DNA of 64,000 nucleotides. It comes from Aestuariivirga sp. (GTDB lineage Bacteria; Pseudomonadota; Alphaproteobacteria; Rhizobiales; Aestuariivirgaceae). Below are positions 1 through 9,678 of this stretch, piece after piece. Position 1 is the stretch's first letter, and each line of letters opens with the position of its first letter. The notes below the pieces were generated by a model that had not been told where the DNA came from, did not search any database, and saw nothing but the letters and a program-made list of their open reading frames with translations. The DNA is taken from assembly GCF_965227715.1 (NCBI RefSeq), contig NZ_OZ245771.1, positions 1,246,347-1,310,346 on the forward strand, read 5' to 3'. A program made the translations under genes and the position numbers.

Positions 1-685
1 CGCCAACATGTCTCATGAGCTGCGCACGCCCCTCAACGCAATTATCGGTTTCTCTGAGGTGATGCTGGCCCAGATGTTCGGGCCGATGGGGTCCGAAAAA
101 TATGCTGAATATTCGCGCGATATTCACAGGAGCGGGCAATTCCTGCTCGACGTCATTAACGACATTCTGGACATGTCCAAGATCGAGGCCGGCCGCATGG
201 CGCTTGAATGCGAGACGTTGCCCGTCGATGCCGCGCTCGATGAGGTGATGCGCCTCATCACGCCACGTGCCTTTGAAGGCAAGGTGACGGTAGATCGCGA
301 GGTACCGCAGGGCTTCACCCTGTGGGCGGATCGCCGCGCCTTCAAGCAGGTGCTGATCAACCTGCTGTCCAATGCGGTGAAGTTCACGCCGGAAGGCGGC
401 CGGATCACCGTCGCGGCCTCCGCCGCCAATGGCTTCATGGTGATTGCGATCCGGGACACCGGCATCGGCATTCCGGCGCGGGACATCGAGAAGCTGGGGC
501 GGCCCTTTGAACAGGTGGAAAACCAGTTCACCAAGACCAGAGGTGGCTCTGGCCTGGGTCTCGCCATTTCGCGCTCCTTCGTGGAGCTGCATGGCGGCAC
601 GCTAACCATCCGCAGCACGGTCGGCCAGGGCACGGAAGTCACGGTGACCTTCCCGTTGCGCCAGCCGGCCGCCAAGGTCGCCTGA
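1..685 (+). CDS. Sensor histidine kinase, C-terminal HisKA + HATPase_c part (PleC/DivJ/PdhS-like); 5' end lies outside the window
   Basis: H-box ANMSHELRTPLNAIIGFSE, N-box NLLSNAVKFT, G1 DTGIGI, G2 GSGLGL; the frame is open to the window edge. Confidence 0.85.
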   Translation, partial: ANMSHELRTPLNAIIGFSEVMLAQMFGPMGSEKYAEYSRDIHRSGQFLLDVINDILDMSKIEAGRMALECETLPVDAALDEVMRLITPRAFEGKVTVDREVPQGFTLWADRRAFKQVLINLLSNAVKFTPEGGRITVAASAANGFMVIAIRDTGIGIPARDIEKLGRPFEQVENQFTKTRGGSGLGLAISRSFVELHGGTLTIRSTVGQGTEVTVTFPLRQPAAKVA

Positions 686-1231
686 TCAGGGGGGCGACGG
701 CTCCGGAGGAGGCGGCGGAGGTGGAGGCGGGCGATCCGGCGCACCACGCGTATTCTCATCGCGCCGGCGCAGCTCCAACGCCAGAAGCTTGCGCTCCTCC
801 GGCTTCAACTTCTCGATCAATGTCAGAGCGGCCTTGTTTCCAGTGCTGACGAGCACGTCGCTCTGTGAGGCGAAGCTTTCCACGGCCGCCCTCACTTTGA
901 CGGCGTCATAGGGTTCGGCCTCGAGCGCTGAGGCCAGTGCTGCGATCGCCTGCCGCGCGCTGCGGCGTCCATCGCGGAAATTCTTGTCAAACCCCCGGAA
1001 GACCCCCAGCAATTCGGTGCGCCGCGGCCGCTCCAGCTCCGCGAAGAAGCGGCGCGGGATCAGCTGCATTTGTGCGCTGCGCGAGACCCGTTCCGGCGGG
1101 CCTTCCACGTAGAAACGCGCCACGCCCGCGCCAACGAACAAAAGGTTGACGGCCAGCGAGGCGATGAGCGCCAGCTTCAGCCAGTTCGGGTGGCGCCGGG
1201 GCGCGGCGGGCGTCGTGGCGGTTTCGCTCAT
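686..1231 (-). CDS. Periplasmic heavy-metal-sensor / Spy-CpxP-like helical protein
   Basis: N-terminal TM WLKLALIASLAVNLLFVGAG typical of the family, helical body, KLKPEERK motif; 4-nt overlap with upstream gene. Confidence 0.7.
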   Translation of the reverse strand: MSETATTPAAPRRHPNWLKLALIASLAVNLLFVGAGVARFYVEGPPERVSRSAQMQLIPRRFFAELERPRRTELLGVFRGFDKNFRDGRRSARQAIAALASALEAEPYDAVKVRAAVESFASQSDVLVSTGNKAALTLIEKLKPEERKLLALELRRRDENTRGAPDRPPPPPPPPPEPSPP

Positions 1232-1695
1232 GTGGTGCTGTCCTGGGCATGCGCATAGGCATCGGCGTCGCCCACACCGCCAAGATCATCGATCTGGCCA
1301 TCGTCGTTCCAGGCAATCCCGCCGGTAATGGCGCTGGGCAACATGAAATCGAGCGTGCCCTGGGCCCCCAGATAGACGCCAAGGGCCAGCGAAGCGGCAA
1401 GCGGAAGCGCCGTGGCAAAGCGCCAGACGGGCGCCTTCGGGCGTGACCGGGGGGTGAAGGCGATGACCTCCGCGCCCTGCGGTTCTGCCTCGATCCGGGC
1501 CATCAGCCGCGCCGCGGCGCCGGCAGGAAGGGGTGGATCGGTTGCAAGCGCCAGCACCAGATCGATTTCGCGCGCCTCCACCACAAGGCTGGGAGAAGCA
1601 TCTTTCAGGGCGCGCTCCGCCTCAGGCCAGCGGCTCACATCCGCACCGTAAATCTCCATGAGCTGGTCAGGACGCTTGTCCTTGCCGTGTTCCAT
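1228..1695 (-). CDS. Putative membrane-anchored anti-sigma factor
   Basis: Directly downstream of the ECF sigma gene; N-terminal YGADVSRWP motif; single TM segment LPLAASLALGVYLG. Confidence 0.6.
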   Translation of the reverse strand: MEHGKDKRPDQLMEIYGADVSRWPEAERALKDASPSLVVEAREIDLVLALATDPPLPAGAAARLMARIEAEPQGAEVIAFTPRSRPKAPVWRFATALPLAASLALGVYLGAQGTLDFMLPSAITGGIAWNDDGQIDDLGGVGDADAYAHAQDSTT

Positions 1696-1704
1696 GTCAG
1701 GTCC

Positions 1705-2298
1705 TCAACGTCCTGTTTCCGCCAGCCCGCCGAGCAGCTCGCGCCACGCGGTGGACAGGCTTTCCTTCAAGCTCCGGCGGGCCCGCGACAGGAGCGATTC
1801 GAGCGCATCTACGCTCACCTCCATGGCCGCCGCCGCCTCGATATTGGTCAATCCCTCGAAATAGACAAGCGACAGCGCCTGCCGTTGCCGCTCCGGCAGC
1901 CCGGCGATGCGCCGGTCGACGAGGCTTGCTGCCTGGGCACGGTCCAGCGGCGCATCGGGCCTGGCCTGCGGATCCGCGATCTCGGGTGCATCCTCGAGGG
2001 TGCCGGACCGGGGCTTGCGGCTCCGGTCGATCACCCCGTTGGAGGCAACCCGCATCAGCCAGCCCTTGAGCGCGCCGGCCTCGCGAACCTGTGCCGGATT
2101 CTTCCACAGCTTGACGAAGGCCTCCTGGGCAATGTCTTCTGCATCCGCTGCCCCGCCCGTCATCCGCCACACAAGCCGGTAGACCGGCTGGAAATAGCGG
2201 CTGACAAGCTCGGAGAAGGCCGCGTGGCTGCCCCCGGCTGCGGCCTCCAGCAGGCCGGCATCCGTCATCTGCTGGAAGGCCGAGGCATCGCGCGTCAA
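1705..2298 (-). CDS. ECF RNA polymerase sigma factor
   Basis: Region 2 AEDIAQEAFVKLW / WLMRVASN; region 4 LPERQRQALSLVYFEGLTNIEAA...SLLSRARRSL; TTG start. Confidence 0.9.
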   Translation of the reverse strand: MTRDASAFQQMTDAGLLEAAAGGSHAAFSELVSRYFQPVYRLVWRMTGGAADAEDIAQEAFVKLWKNPAQVREAGALKGWLMRVASNGVIDRSRKPRSGTLEDAPEIADPQARPDAPLDRAQAASLVDRRIAGLPERQRQALSLVYFEGLTNIEAAAAMEVSVDALESLLSRARRSLKESLSTAWRELLGGLAETGR

Positions 2299-2319
2299 GT
2301 CTTCGTTCCAGGTGTCGCG

Positions 2320-2769
2320 TCAGTTGGATGTCTCTCCCGTAGCGGGTTTCACCGCTTTGGCAACCCGGTACTTACGCGCCTCCTGCAGGCTCACACCACC
2401 GTCATGGTCCGCGTCCGCTGCTGCAACCAGCCTATCCACCGAGGAGTCGAGCTCTGCCCGGGACACCTGACCATCCTTGTTACCGTCAAGCGCGGCGAGG
2501 ATCCTGTCGCGGCGAAGGGCCATTGCCTTCTGGAGTGCGGTATCAATTTCCGCTGCCGTCACCTGGCCGTTTCGGTCCGCATCAAGGCTTTCAAAGCGCT
2601 TTTCGGCTCTCGGCGCCAGTTCCGCGGTCGTGATCTTGCCATTGGCATCAGTGTCGGCCTTGGTGAAAGACTTGGCCGTCTTGGGCAGATAAGGCTCCAT
2701 GGCGAATGCCGTGGCGGGCACGACGGCCATGCTGCCAAAGATGGCGAGAGCGAGTGTCAGACGGTTCAT
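2320..2769 (-). CDS. Exported EF-hand domain protein
   Basis: Signal peptide ending AFA; four EF-hand-like loops DTDANGKIT, DADRNGQVT, DGNKDGQVS, DADHDGGVS; AGGAGG SD. Confidence 0.85.
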   Translation of the reverse strand: MNRLTLALAIFGSMAVVPATAFAMEPYLPKTAKSFTKADTDANGKITTAELAPRAEKRFESLDADRNGQVTAAEIDTALQKAMALRRDRILAALDGNKDGQVSRAELDSSVDRLVAAADADHDGGVSLQEARKYRVAKAVKPATGETSN

Positions 2770-2800
2770 GGACTGTTCCTCCTGTTGCTGTCCTGAAGGA

Positions 2801-2829
2801 AAGACGCAGGCGAAAGGTGTTTCCGTCGC
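2801..2829 (-). promoter_or_regulatory. Candidate ECF-type promoter for the EF-hand/sigma operon
   Basis: Minus strand GCGACG-N17-CGTCTT; CGTC is a typical ECF -10 core. Confidence 0.35.
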
Positions 2830-2837
2830 TCACATCG

Positions 2838-5717
2838 TCAAGAAATTGGTCCGATCAGACGGTCGAACAGATTGGCGACTTCAGCTTGCGTATCCGCCAG
2901 CAGCGCCTCCGCCGCTGAAATATCCGGCGCCACGGCCGTGTTGGCCACCAGCATGTTCAGCGCAGGAAGCGCCTTGGCCGGATCATAGGGCCCGTCCACG
3001 CAAAGCCGCAGCATCTGGGTAAGCCGATGATACAGGAGCCCGGCCCGCTGCAGCACGCTGTGCACCATGTCATCGATCAGGCCCGCACCATGCAACCGGC
3101 TGAGGGCGGCAAGTGTGTTGGTGTCGAGCACGTCCGGGTGGCGGGATGCGTGGATCAGCTGCAGCGTTTGTGCGATGAATTCAAGCTCCACCAGGCCGCC
3201 GCGCGCGCGCTTCACGTCCCACACACCGTCTGACCCCTGCTCCCGCAGCATAAGTTTCCGCATGTCGATCACATCCGCCTTCACCTTCCCAGCATCGCGC
3301 GCCTCCATCAACGCACCGCGAATATGGAGGTTCAGGTCATTCATCAGCCCAGGGTCGCCGCAAACGGGCCGTGCCCTGGTCAGTGCCAGCATCTCCCAGG
3401 TCCAGGCCGAAGTCCGGTGATAGCTCTCAAAGCTCGCGAGGCTCGCGGCCACCGGCCCCTTGCTGCCCGAAGGGCGTAACCGCATGTCGACTTCGTAGAG
3501 CACTCCTTCGGCAGTGGGAGCGGAAACCGCCGCGATCAGCCGCTGAGCGCTTCGCGCATAATATTGGCCGATGCTGAGGGGCCTTGGTCCGTCGCTCGTC
3601 TCCGCCCCCTCCCCGGCATCGTAAACAACGATGAGATCGAGGTCGGATCCCGCCGTCATCTCCCGGCCGCCGAGCTTTCCCATGGCAATTACCGCGCTGC
3701 GTCCACCGGGCACATGGCCGTGACGGCGTGCCAAATCTTCCGCCACCGCCGCGTCGAGCCGCGCGAGGAGGAGCTCGGCCAGATCAGAAAAGGCACGGCC
3801 CGTCTCCGCCGCTCCCGCCGTCTCGGACAGAACCCGCACGCCGATCCGAAACCCCTGCTCCTTGCCGATGATGCGCGCCCGGTCTGCCACATCGTCAAGG
3901 CTGAGACCCTCCGGCATCGCAGCAGCGATCAGACTGGCGATCTCCCCCTCCGTGGGGAGTGCTGAGAAGAAACCAGGGTCCAGCACGGCATCCAGCACCT
4001 TTGGCCTGCGGCTCAACTGTTCCGCCAGCCGCGGCGCGCTGCCGAGAATGGTGGCGAGCAGATCCAGAAGCCTCGGGTTCGCCTTGAGGAGCGAGAATAG
4101 CTGCACGCCTGCCGGAAGCTTGCTCAGGAAGCGGTCGAAGGCGAGGAACGCCAGGTCGGCATCGCCCATCGCGGCGAGGGCCGAAAGGAGCTTCGGCATT
4201 AGCTCCGTCAACAGCTCGCGGGATTTGGCGCTGCGGGTCGCGGCATAGCGCCCGAAATGCCAGCCGCGGATGGTGGCGGAGACTTCGCTGGGGCTGCGGT
4301 ATCCCATGCGCGTCAGGGTCTCGATCGTCTCCGGATCGTCCTCGCCTCCGGTGAAGACGAGGCTTCCCGTGTCGGTTCCAAGCTCGCCCGCGGATTCGAA
4401 CAGCCGGGCATAGTGGCCCTGAACGCATTCGAAGGTCCCGCGAAGCTCCGCATCGAAATCTTCTGCTTGCTCAAAGCCCGAGAAGCGCGCGAGGGCGGTA
4501 AAGGGGTCATCTTCCACGGGAAGGGAATGCGTCTGCTCATCATTCACCATCTGCACCCGGTGTTCGATCGTCCGCAGGAAGCGGTAGGCCGAGGTGAGTT
4601 CTGCCGCAGCCTCTTGGCTGATCCATTGTGCACCAGCCAGAGCCTCGAGCATCGCCACCGTGCTCCGCCCGCGGAGCTTCGGGTTACGCCCGCCGGCGAT
4701 CAGCTGCTGGGTCTGCACGAAAAATTCGATCTCGCGGATGCCGCCGCGGCCGAGTTTCAGATTATGGCCTCTGACCTTGATCTCGCCATGCCCCTTCACC
4801 GCATGGATCTGCCGCTTCATCGACTGGACGTCCGCAATTGCTGCAAAGTCCAGGTACTTGCGCCAGACATAGGGTTTGAGCCGGTCAAGGAATTCTTCGC
4901 CGAGGTCAATGTCTCCCGCCGCAGCGCGTGCCTTGATCATTGCGGCGCGCTCCCAGTTCTGGCCCTGGTTCTCATAATAGAGAGCCGCTGCCTCGATCGA
5001 AATCGCAACTTGCGTGGCGCGCGGATCAGGCCTCAGACGCAAATCGGTGCGGAAGACATAGCCATCCTCGGTCACGTCCTGCATAAGCTGCACAAGCCGC
5101 CGCGTGAGACGGACGAAGAAGGTCGAGGCATCCCCCGGATCTGAAAGAAGCGGGGTCAACGGATCATACAGAATGATCAGGTCGATATCACTCGAGTAAT
5201 TGAGCTCATGCGCCCCTTGCTTGCCCATGGCGAGCACCGCGTAGCCACATGCCTTAAGCGGTTGTGCAGGGTCGTCGAGTGTCACCTTTCCCAACCGTGC
5301 AAAATCGGAGAGCAGCCAGCTCAGCGCGGCCTGCAACGCACCATCGGCGAAGGTCGTTAGGGCGGCCGTCACCTCTTCCACATCCCAGCGCCGCCCGAGA
5401 TCGGCCACCGCCGTCAGCAACGCCACCCGCTTCTTCAATTGCCGCAGCCGGCACATGACCTGCGGCTGGGAAAGAGCAGGATCAATATCGCGAAGCCCGC
5501 CGAGCTGCAGGGCCAGCAATTCATCCGCATCCTCGCGGAACACCCGTCCCGCGAAAGCGGGATCACGCAGCATCAACTGCCGGAGAAACGGAGACCCACC
5601 GGCAATCGCCTCCGCCAGCGCTTGCTGCTCAGCCGGAATGACACCAGCGGGCATTCCTGCGCGGAAGAGCGAATTGGACTCGTCACTGCGTTGAGGTCGG
5701 GGGAGCAATGGCAACAT
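2838..5717 (-). CDS. glnE: Bifunctional glutamine synthetase adenylyltransferase/deadenylylase
   Basis: 959 aa with two NTase domains: MGKQGAHELNYSSDIDLI...DLRLRPDP and MGKLGGREMTAGSDLDLI...DMRLRPSG. Confidence 0.97.
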   Translation of the reverse strand: MLPLLPRPQRSDESNSLFRAGMPAGVIPAEQQALAEAIAGGSPFLRQLMLRDPAFAGRVFREDADELLALQLGGLRDIDPALSQPQVMCRLRQLKKRVALLTAVADLGRRWDVEEVTAALTTFADGALQAALSWLLSDFARLGKVTLDDPAQPLKACGYAVLAMGKQGAHELNYSSDIDLIILYDPLTPLLSDPGDASTFFVRLTRRLVQLMQDVTEDGYVFRTDLRLRPDPRATQVAISIEAAALYYENQGQNWERAAMIKARAAAGDIDLGEEFLDRLKPYVWRKYLDFAAIADVQSMKRQIHAVKGHGEIKVRGHNLKLGRGGIREIEFFVQTQQLIAGGRNPKLRGRSTVAMLEALAGAQWISQEAAAELTSAYRFLRTIEHRVQMVNDEQTHSLPVEDDPFTALARFSGFEQAEDFDAELRGTFECVQGHYARLFESAGELGTDTGSLVFTGGEDDPETIETLTRMGYRSPSEVSATIRGWHFGRYAATRSAKSRELLTELMPKLLSALAAMGDADLAFLAFDRFLSKLPAGVQLFSLLKANPRLLDLLATILGSAPRLAEQLSRRPKVLDAVLDPGFFSALPTEGEIASLIAAAMPEGLSLDDVADRARIIGKEQGFRIGVRVLSETAGAAETGRAFSDLAELLLARLDAAVAEDLARRHGHVPGGRSAVIAMGKLGGREMTAGSDLDLIVVYDAGEGAETSDGPRPLSIGQYYARSAQRLIAAVSAPTAEGVLYEVDMRLRPSGSKGPVAASLASFESYHRTSAWTWEMLALTRARPVCGDPGLMNDLNLHIRGALMEARDAGKVKADVIDMRKLMLREQGSDGVWDVKRARGGLVELEFIAQTLQLIHASRHPDVLDTNTLAALSRLHGAGLIDDMVHSVLQRAGLLYHRLTQMLRLCVDGPYDPAKALPALNMLVANTAVAPDISAAEALLADTQAEVANLFDRLIGPIS

Positions 5718-5795
5718 GGGGGCTATCTAACCCATGTCACGCGCGGGGGAAACAGCATGGAAAACACATGATGGCAAAGCCCCAACGCCCGGCAG

Positions 5796-7181
5796 CTAGT
5801 CCTCCCGCCAGACCGGCAGCACCAGGCTGGCCTTGAGCCCAGGTGCATTGTCTTCCAGCAGCAGCGTGCCCTTGTGGAGCTTCATGACGCCGGAGACGAG
5901 GCTTAGTCCCAGGCCGTTTCCCGGCTTCGTTCGGCTCGCATCAAGGCGCACGAAGCGCTCGGTGACGCGGCTGCGGTCTTCCTCCGGAATGCCCTGGCCG
6001 TGATCGGCAACGGTGATCACCACCTTGTCGCCGTCGATGGCGCCCGTGATGGTGATGTCGGGTTTCTCTCCTTCGGGGGCGCCATATTTGAGGGCGTTGT
6101 CCAGTAGATTCGTCATTGCCTGTGCGAGAAGCTGGCGGTCTCCGGTGACCATCAATCCCTCAGGGGCGGTGCAGGTCAGCGTGCCGCCCTCCTCCTCGGC
6201 CATCGGCTCGTAGAGCTCGACGACATCGGCAATGATCTGGCTGGCATCTATTGCCACAAGGCCACTGCGTGCTTGGCCTGCTTCGGCGCGGGCGATGGAG
6301 AGAAGCGCGTTGAAGGTATCGAGCAGACGGTCAGACTCATCCACCGTGTTTTCCAATGCAGAGCGGTAGTCCGCCTCTCCGCCGGAGCGGAGTGCGGCCT
6401 CCACCCTTGCCTTGATGCGGGTCAGAGGTGTTTTCAGATCATGTGCGACGTTGGAAGAGACTTCCTTCATCGCCGCCATCAGGCTTTCGATCTGGTCGAG
6501 CATTTCATTCAGCGCCAGGGCGAGGCGGTCAAGCTCATCGCCTGAGCCCTTGACGGGCATGCGCCCTGCCATGTTGCCGGCCATGATGGTGCGGCTCGCC
6601 TCAGTAATGGCATCGACGCGGCGGAGGAAGTTCCGGCTCATCAGCAAACCGCCGCCCAGGCCCAGCACCAGAGCAATGGCGAGTGCATAGAAAATCGTCT
6701 GGCGGATGATGTTGGCGAACTGGCGAAGTGCTTCCACATCGCGTCCGACAACAAGTTCAAATCCCCCGGCCAGAGTCGTATAGAAAGCGCGTGCGATGTG
6801 ATTTTCGCGCGCCGCGCCATTCTGCACATCGATGGGGAATTCGATCCAATTGGCCTCGCCCCGCGGAATGGCAGGCAAGTCCGTCATGTTGCCCGCAATG
6901 CGAAGCCCTGAGGGTGCGGCGAGGAGATAGACCGCTCCGCTGTCATCATCGCTGCGGCGGCGGATCGTATCGATGATGCCGTTCAGTCCGCGCTGGCTGT
7001 ATTGATCGGCCAGCGCCTGAACCTCGGCGCGAATCGTCTCGTCCGTCTGCCGCTCCAGCAGAACGGCGGTGTTCCAGTAGACATAGCCAAGCAGTGCCGA
7101 AACGGAGACGGCAAACAGGATGAGATACAGCGCCGCGAGGCGGAAGGTGGACGTGCGGAGAAGCTTTATGCGCCCCGTCAC
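5796..7181 (-). CDS. Membrane sensor histidine kinase (HAMP, HisKA, HATPase_c)
   Basis: Two TM segments, HAMP (DELDRLALALNEML), H-box VAHDLKTPL, NLLDNALKY, GNGLGL. Confidence 0.93.
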   Translation of the reverse strand: MTGRIKLLRTSTFRLAALYLILFAVSVSALLGYVYWNTAVLLERQTDETIRAEVQALADQYSQRGLNGIIDTIRRRSDDDSGAVYLLAAPSGLRIAGNMTDLPAIPRGEANWIEFPIDVQNGAARENHIARAFYTTLAGGFELVVGRDVEALRQFANIIRQTIFYALAIALVLGLGGGLLMSRNFLRRVDAITEASRTIMAGNMAGRMPVKGSGDELDRLALALNEMLDQIESLMAAMKEVSSNVAHDLKTPLTRIKARVEAALRSGGEADYRSALENTVDESDRLLDTFNALLSIARAEAGQARSGLVAIDASQIIADVVELYEPMAEEEGGTLTCTAPEGLMVTGDRQLLAQAMTNLLDNALKYGAPEGEKPDITITGAIDGDKVVITVADHGQGIPEEDRSRVTERFVRLDASRTKPGNGLGLSLVSGVMKLHKGTLLLEDNAPGLKASLVLPVWRED

Positions 7182-7852
7182 TTGTCGCGGATCATGTAGC
7201 CCGCACCGCGCACGGTCTGCAGGATGGGCTCTTCATGGCCCTTGTCGATCTTGCCGCGCAACCGCGAAATGTGCACGTCGATCACATTGGTTTGCGGGTC
7301 GAAGTGATAGTCCCAGACATTCTCGAGCAGCATGGTGCGGGTCACGATATGGCCAGCGTTGCGCACGAGATACTCGAGCAATTTGAACTCCCGCGGCTGC
7401 AGCAGAATGGGCTTGCCGGCGCGGGTCACGGTGCGGGTCAGAAGGTCAATCTCGAGGTCTGCGGCCTTCAGCCGGGTGGCGAGGGGCGCTTCCTTCGCAC
7501 GGTGGCCGAGGTTCTCGACGCGCGCGATCAGCTCCGCGAAGGCATAGGGCTTGCCGAGGTAATCGTCACCTCCGGCACGCAAGCCCTTCACCCGCTCATC
7601 GACGTCGCCCAGGGCGGAGAGGATCAGCACCGGCGTCTGGATATTGTGTTCGCGCAGCTTGCGGATGATGGTGAGGCCATCGATCTTCGGCAGCATGCGG
7701 TCGACGATCAGGACGTCATGCTTGGCTTCGAGTGCCAGCCCCAAGCCTTCTTCGCCATCGGCGGCATGGTCGGCCACGTGGCCAGCCTCGGCCAGGCCTT
7801 TCACAAGCCAGCTCGCCGCTTCTCGATCGTCTTCAATCACTAGGATGCGCAT
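7178..7852 (-). CDS. OmpR-family response regulator
   Basis: MRILVIEDD, phospho-acceptor IVDRMLP, GGDDYLGKP, winged helix NVIDVHISRLRGK...TVRGAGY; start trimmed to ATG 7852. Confidence 0.95.
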   Translation of the reverse strand: MRILVIEDDREAASWLVKGLAEAGHVADHAADGEEGLGLALEAKHDVLIVDRMLPKIDGLTIIRKLREHNIQTPVLILSALGDVDERVKGLRAGGDDYLGKPYAFAELIARVENLGHRAKEAPLATRLKAADLEIDLLTRTVTRAGKPILLQPREFKLLEYLVRNAGHIVTRTMLLENVWDYHFDPQTNVIDVHISRLRGKIDKGHEEPILQTVRGAGYMIRDK

Positions 7853-7924
7853 GGGATGGCGGGCGGGCGTGGCTGTCCAAACGTGGGAATCGTGCTCACT
7901 AACTTGCATGTTCCATCTCCAATG

Positions 7925-8030
7925 AAAAGGGGGGCGCGGAGGAGGCGGTCCGGGGGAGGACCTTGTCTCCTCCGCGCAAAGGCACGCGAGACGCGGAGCG
8001 GGGGGTGGGGGCTTTGTCCGCGTGCCCTTT
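7925..8030 (-). ncRNA. Candidate cuckoo-like structured RNA: two hairpins with C-rich loops
   Basis: Stems GGCACGCG/CGCGTGCC (loop CCCCACCCCCC) and GCGCGGAGGAG..GGTCC/GGACC..CTCCTCCGCGC (loop TCCCCC), followed by CCCCCTTTT. Confidence 0.5.
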
Positions 8031-8055
8031 TCTGTGTCAGCAGACCTTTCTAAGG

Positions 8056-9564
8056 TCAGCCCTTGGCGGTCGGCAGGGCAACAAAGCGCTGGCCGTCGTC
8101 GGTCTTGACCAGCAGCAGCACGCGCTTCTTGTCATTGCCCTTCAGCGCAGTGCGGACATCCGACGGCGTATGGACCTCGGTGCCAGCCACTTCGAGGATG
8201 GTGTCACCGGCCTTCAGCCCGCGCTCGGCGGCTGCACTGTCCGGGGCCACTTCGAGGACCGTCACGCCGGCGCCGTCCTGGGCGGGCGCAACCTTGAGGC
8301 CGAGAGCGGCAAGCGAAACGCTCTTCTCGCCGTCATCTTTGCCGGCATCACCGGAGGCCATCTTCGGGTCATCGGGCATGGTGCCGATCTTCACGTCGAG
8401 AACCACCGTCTTGCCATCGCGTACGACGCTCATGGGAACGGTATCGCCCGGCTTGATACCAGCCACCTTGCGCGACAGATCGCGCGAGTCGGAGATCTCC
8501 TTACCGTCCAGCTTCAGGATGGTGTCACCCTGCTTGATGCCGGCGGCGAGTGCAGGCGAGTCCTCGGTGACGTTGGCGACGATGGCGCCCTTGGCTTCCT
8601 TGAGGCCCAGGCTCTCGGCGATGTCCTCGGTCACCGGCTGGATCTGCACACCGAGCCAGCCGCGCGTCACCTTGCCGTTTTCCTTCAGGCTCTCGATCAC
8701 GTTTTCAGCGGTCGAGGCCGGAATGGCGAAGCCAATGCCGACGGAACCACCCGAGGGAGAGAAGATCGCGGTGTTGATGCCCACGACTTCGCCTTCGAGG
8801 TTGAAGGCGGGTCCGCCGGAGTTGCCACGGTTGATGGCGGCGTCGATCTGCATGAAGTTGTCATAGGGGCCGGAGCCGATGTCACGGCCAAGTGCCGAGA
8901 CGATGCCGGTCGTGACCGTGCCGCCGAGGCCGAAGGGGTTACCGACCGCCATCACCCAGTCACCGACGCGCGGCTCTTCCTTGGTGAAGGACACGTGATC
9001 GAACTTCTTGTCGTCAGCCTTGATCTTGATGAGGGCCAGATCGGTCTTGGGATCGGTGCCGATCACGGTTGCCTTGTATTCGGTGCCGTCCTTCATGGTG
9101 ACGGAGACTTCATCCGCATCCTTGACGACGTGGTTGTTGGTCACCGCATAGCCGTCGGCCGAGATGATGAAGCCAGAGCCCATCGCCATGCCGCCACGCG
9201 GATGCTGGTCTTCGTTGTTGTCACCCTGGCCCTGGCCATTCATGCCGGGCATGTTGCGGAACTGCGGGAACTGTTTGAAGAAATCTTCCATGCCATTGGG
9301 AAGCTGCTTCTGGCTGCCGCCCTGGTCATCGGCTTCGGCCGCGGCCACATTGGCATACTTCACCTGCACGCTGACGACGGCGGGCATCACCCGGTCGACG
9401 AGATCCGCGAAACCCTTGGACGGGTCGATGGCAGCGGCCTGCAGCTGGTTCTGCGCCGTGGCGGGGGTGGAGGGAAGAACCGACGCGGCGGTCACCATCG
9501 CAGTGGCGGCCATCAGGCCGGCGGCGAAAGCACCAAGCGTCTTGCGGTTCGTAGCTGAGGACAT
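8056..9564 (-). CDS. degP: Do/DegP (HtrA) periplasmic serine endoprotease with two PDZ domains
   Basis: Signal peptide; triad motifs TNNHVV, TDLALIK, GNSGGP; two PDZ repeats. Confidence 0.95.
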   Translation of the reverse strand: MSSATNRKTLGAFAAGLMAATAMVTAASVLPSTPATAQNQLQAAAIDPSKGFADLVDRVMPAVVSVQVKYANVAAAEADDQGGSQKQLPNGMEDFFKQFPQFRNMPGMNGQGQGDNNEDQHPRGGMAMGSGFIISADGYAVTNNHVVKDADEVSVTMKDGTEYKATVIGTDPKTDLALIKIKADDKKFDHVSFTKEEPRVGDWVMAVGNPFGLGGTVTTGIVSALGRDIGSGPYDNFMQIDAAINRGNSGGPAFNLEGEVVGINTAIFSPSGGSVGIGFAIPASTAENVIESLKENGKVTRGWLGVQIQPVTEDIAESLGLKEAKGAIVANVTEDSPALAAGIKQGDTILKLDGKEISDSRDLSRKVAGIKPGDTVPMSVVRDGKTVVLDVKIGTMPDDPKMASGDAGKDDGEKSVSLAALGLKVAPAQDGAGVTVLEVAPDSAAAERGLKAGDTILEVAGTEVHTPSDVRTALKGNDKKRVLLLVKTDDGQRFVALPTAKG

Positions 9565-9678
9565 TTGCTGGTCTCCATCGATTGTTATTGTTCTCGATGG
9601 TCACAAGCTAGGTTCCCGCGCCTTACGGATACCTGTCCGGCAGATGAAACTTCGGTAAGTCTTGCGGCAGACTGCGGG

